DNA of 63,469 nucleotides, the filler included, from Reticulomyxa filosa (taxonomy: Eukaryota > Protista > Foraminifera): the NCBI GenBank assembly GCA_000512085.1. It is 17 parts of 17 records of this genome, joined end to end, with 100 filler letters (N's around TTAATTAATTAA, not from the genome) between each part and the next. Parts side by side here need not be neighbours in the genome. Positions count along the whole stretch, not along the records: positions 62,274 to 63,469 come from ASPP01029634.1; 16 more parts are not named here. One strand, given 5' to 3'. Below are positions 62,372 to 63,469 of this stretch, one piece after another. The number at the start of each line of letters is the position of its first letter. Position 1 is the first letter of the stretch. The position numbers were made by a program, and so were the translations under genes. The notes beneath the pieces are model-generated. The model did no database searches and had not been told where the DNA came from. It saw only the letters and a list, made by a program, of their open reading frames with translations.

Positions 62372-63300
62372 TGAAAGAAGCAAAAAGTGACGATAAAAGT
62401 GATAAGTAAAAAGAGGAAATCAAGAAACGCAGTCTTATCAGCACAGTTTGCACAAAAGTGAATGCATTGAAGATGCTACCTCATCACAGACGCGTGGTTC
62501 GTTTGCTAGAAGTGTTGGAGAGCAAACAAATGTTATATATTGTGTTGGAATTGATCGAACGTGGAGAACTGTTTAGCAAAATAAGTACAAACACAACTAT
62601 GTGTTTAATTCCATTTAATCAAATTTTTTTTTTTACAGTATACAAAAAAACAACAAAATAGAACAAAATGTTAAGCTAAATGTAGACGTGACAAGAATGT
62701 ATTTCCAGCAACTGGTAAACAGTGTTCAATTTATACATAAGCATAAAATATGTCAAAGAGATTTGAAGGTAGATAGTTTGTTAAAAAGTGCAATAAATAT
62801 ATACACTATATGTTATATACAATGTATATGTATACTTATATGCAAGCATTGGTGCATGTAAAAGATTATAGCTTTATGTCATAAATTTTGTGTTGATTGA
62901 ACAAATGCCTTGGCGGGGTGGGGATGTGAGAAAATCTGGAAAGCTTGCTGAGGATGCAAATGGAGTATTGAAGGTATCCGACTTTGGACTGTCATGTTTG
63001 TATTCGAGAGAAGGAAAGGTGTTCCGGCCACGGTGGGGTCCCCCACTTACGTGGCCACTGATGTATTAAATGGAGAAGGATTTGGTCGTGTGTGGTCATT
63101 TTGTATACTCTTTTGGCTGGATGTTTTGTTCCATTTATTGTTTTTGTTTTTTTTAATGTCCCCATCTTTTTTTTTTCAAAAAAAAACAACTTAGACTTGC
63201 CATTTGACTAGCGGACACTACAATGCTATTTCAGAAAATTTGTACATCAGATTTTCGTATCTAAGTTCGTTTAAGAACAGTGTTATTAGTATGCTTTATC
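62372..63300 (+). pseudogene. Degenerate SNF1/CIPK-like (CAMK group) Ser/Thr kinase
   Basis: KVTIKVISK, VVRLLEVLES..LYIVLELIERGELFSKI|, RMYFQQLVNSVQFIHKHKICQRDLK|, LKVSDFGLS, TVGSPTYVATDVL, VWSFCIL. HRD is QRD and APE is ATD, with deletions and frameshifts. Confidence 0.8.
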
Positions 63301-63469
63301 CTCATCACCGCATAAATAAAAAAATGTGTATACGTATGTATAGTTGAAATACTAAAAATAGGTTGTTTGTATTCTTACAAAAAAGAGTTGTTGAACTCAA
63401 TATTTCAAATCAACACGGAAAAAAGAGCATCATTACATTCGATTCAAAGACATTATCTGTCCATTGGGT

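Noticed and set aside
1-63469. rRNA, tRNA, CRISPR arrays, transposases or prokaryotic operons
   Set aside because: No recognisable conserved RNA motifs, repeat-spacer arrays or mobile-element ORFs were seen by eye; small ncRNAs cannot be excluded without a covariance-model search.

Overview
This is not one locus. It is 17 short, AT-rich eukaryotic contigs joined by a synthetic 100-nt linker (N44-TTAATTAATTAA-N44, stops in all six frames), so adjacency across linkers means nothing. The gene families (degenerate RING/TRAF-Zn-finger-coiled-coil proteins with WD40 or Gly-rich tails, Kelch-like+WD40 proteins, many decayed paralogues), short GT-AG introns and frequent homopolymer frameshifts suggest a foraminiferan/rhizarian genome, most likely Reticulomyxa filosa from a 454-type assembly (inference). 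Recognisable genes: multi-CAP-Gly pseudogene, NIF/SCP CTD phosphatase, R3HCC1-like protein, RGS protein, Mx-like dynamin, Lys9-Lys1 saccharopine dehydrogenase fusion, Kelch-like+WD40 protein, LRR-like protein, two RING-TRAF-CC proteins, myristoylated hemerythrin-domain protein, two TcmP/LCM-type methyltransferases, a Diaphanous-type formin, Sec14/CRAL-TRIO, Kv-beta-type aldo-keto reductase, La/LARP7-type protein and a degenerate SNF1/CIPK-like kinase. The most interesting signals are: (1) a reversed-order Lys9-Lys1 fusion whose Lys1 half lacks its catalytic residues; (2) a possible innate-immune toolkit, namely an Mx-like GTPase with an extra domain at the L4 position plus RING-TRAF scaffolds with swappable C-terminal domains; (3) an unusual intron architecture with GTT donors, U-rich 5' halves, A-rich 3' halves and one perfect 100-nt hairpin. 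All family calls are from motifs recalled by eye, not from database searches.
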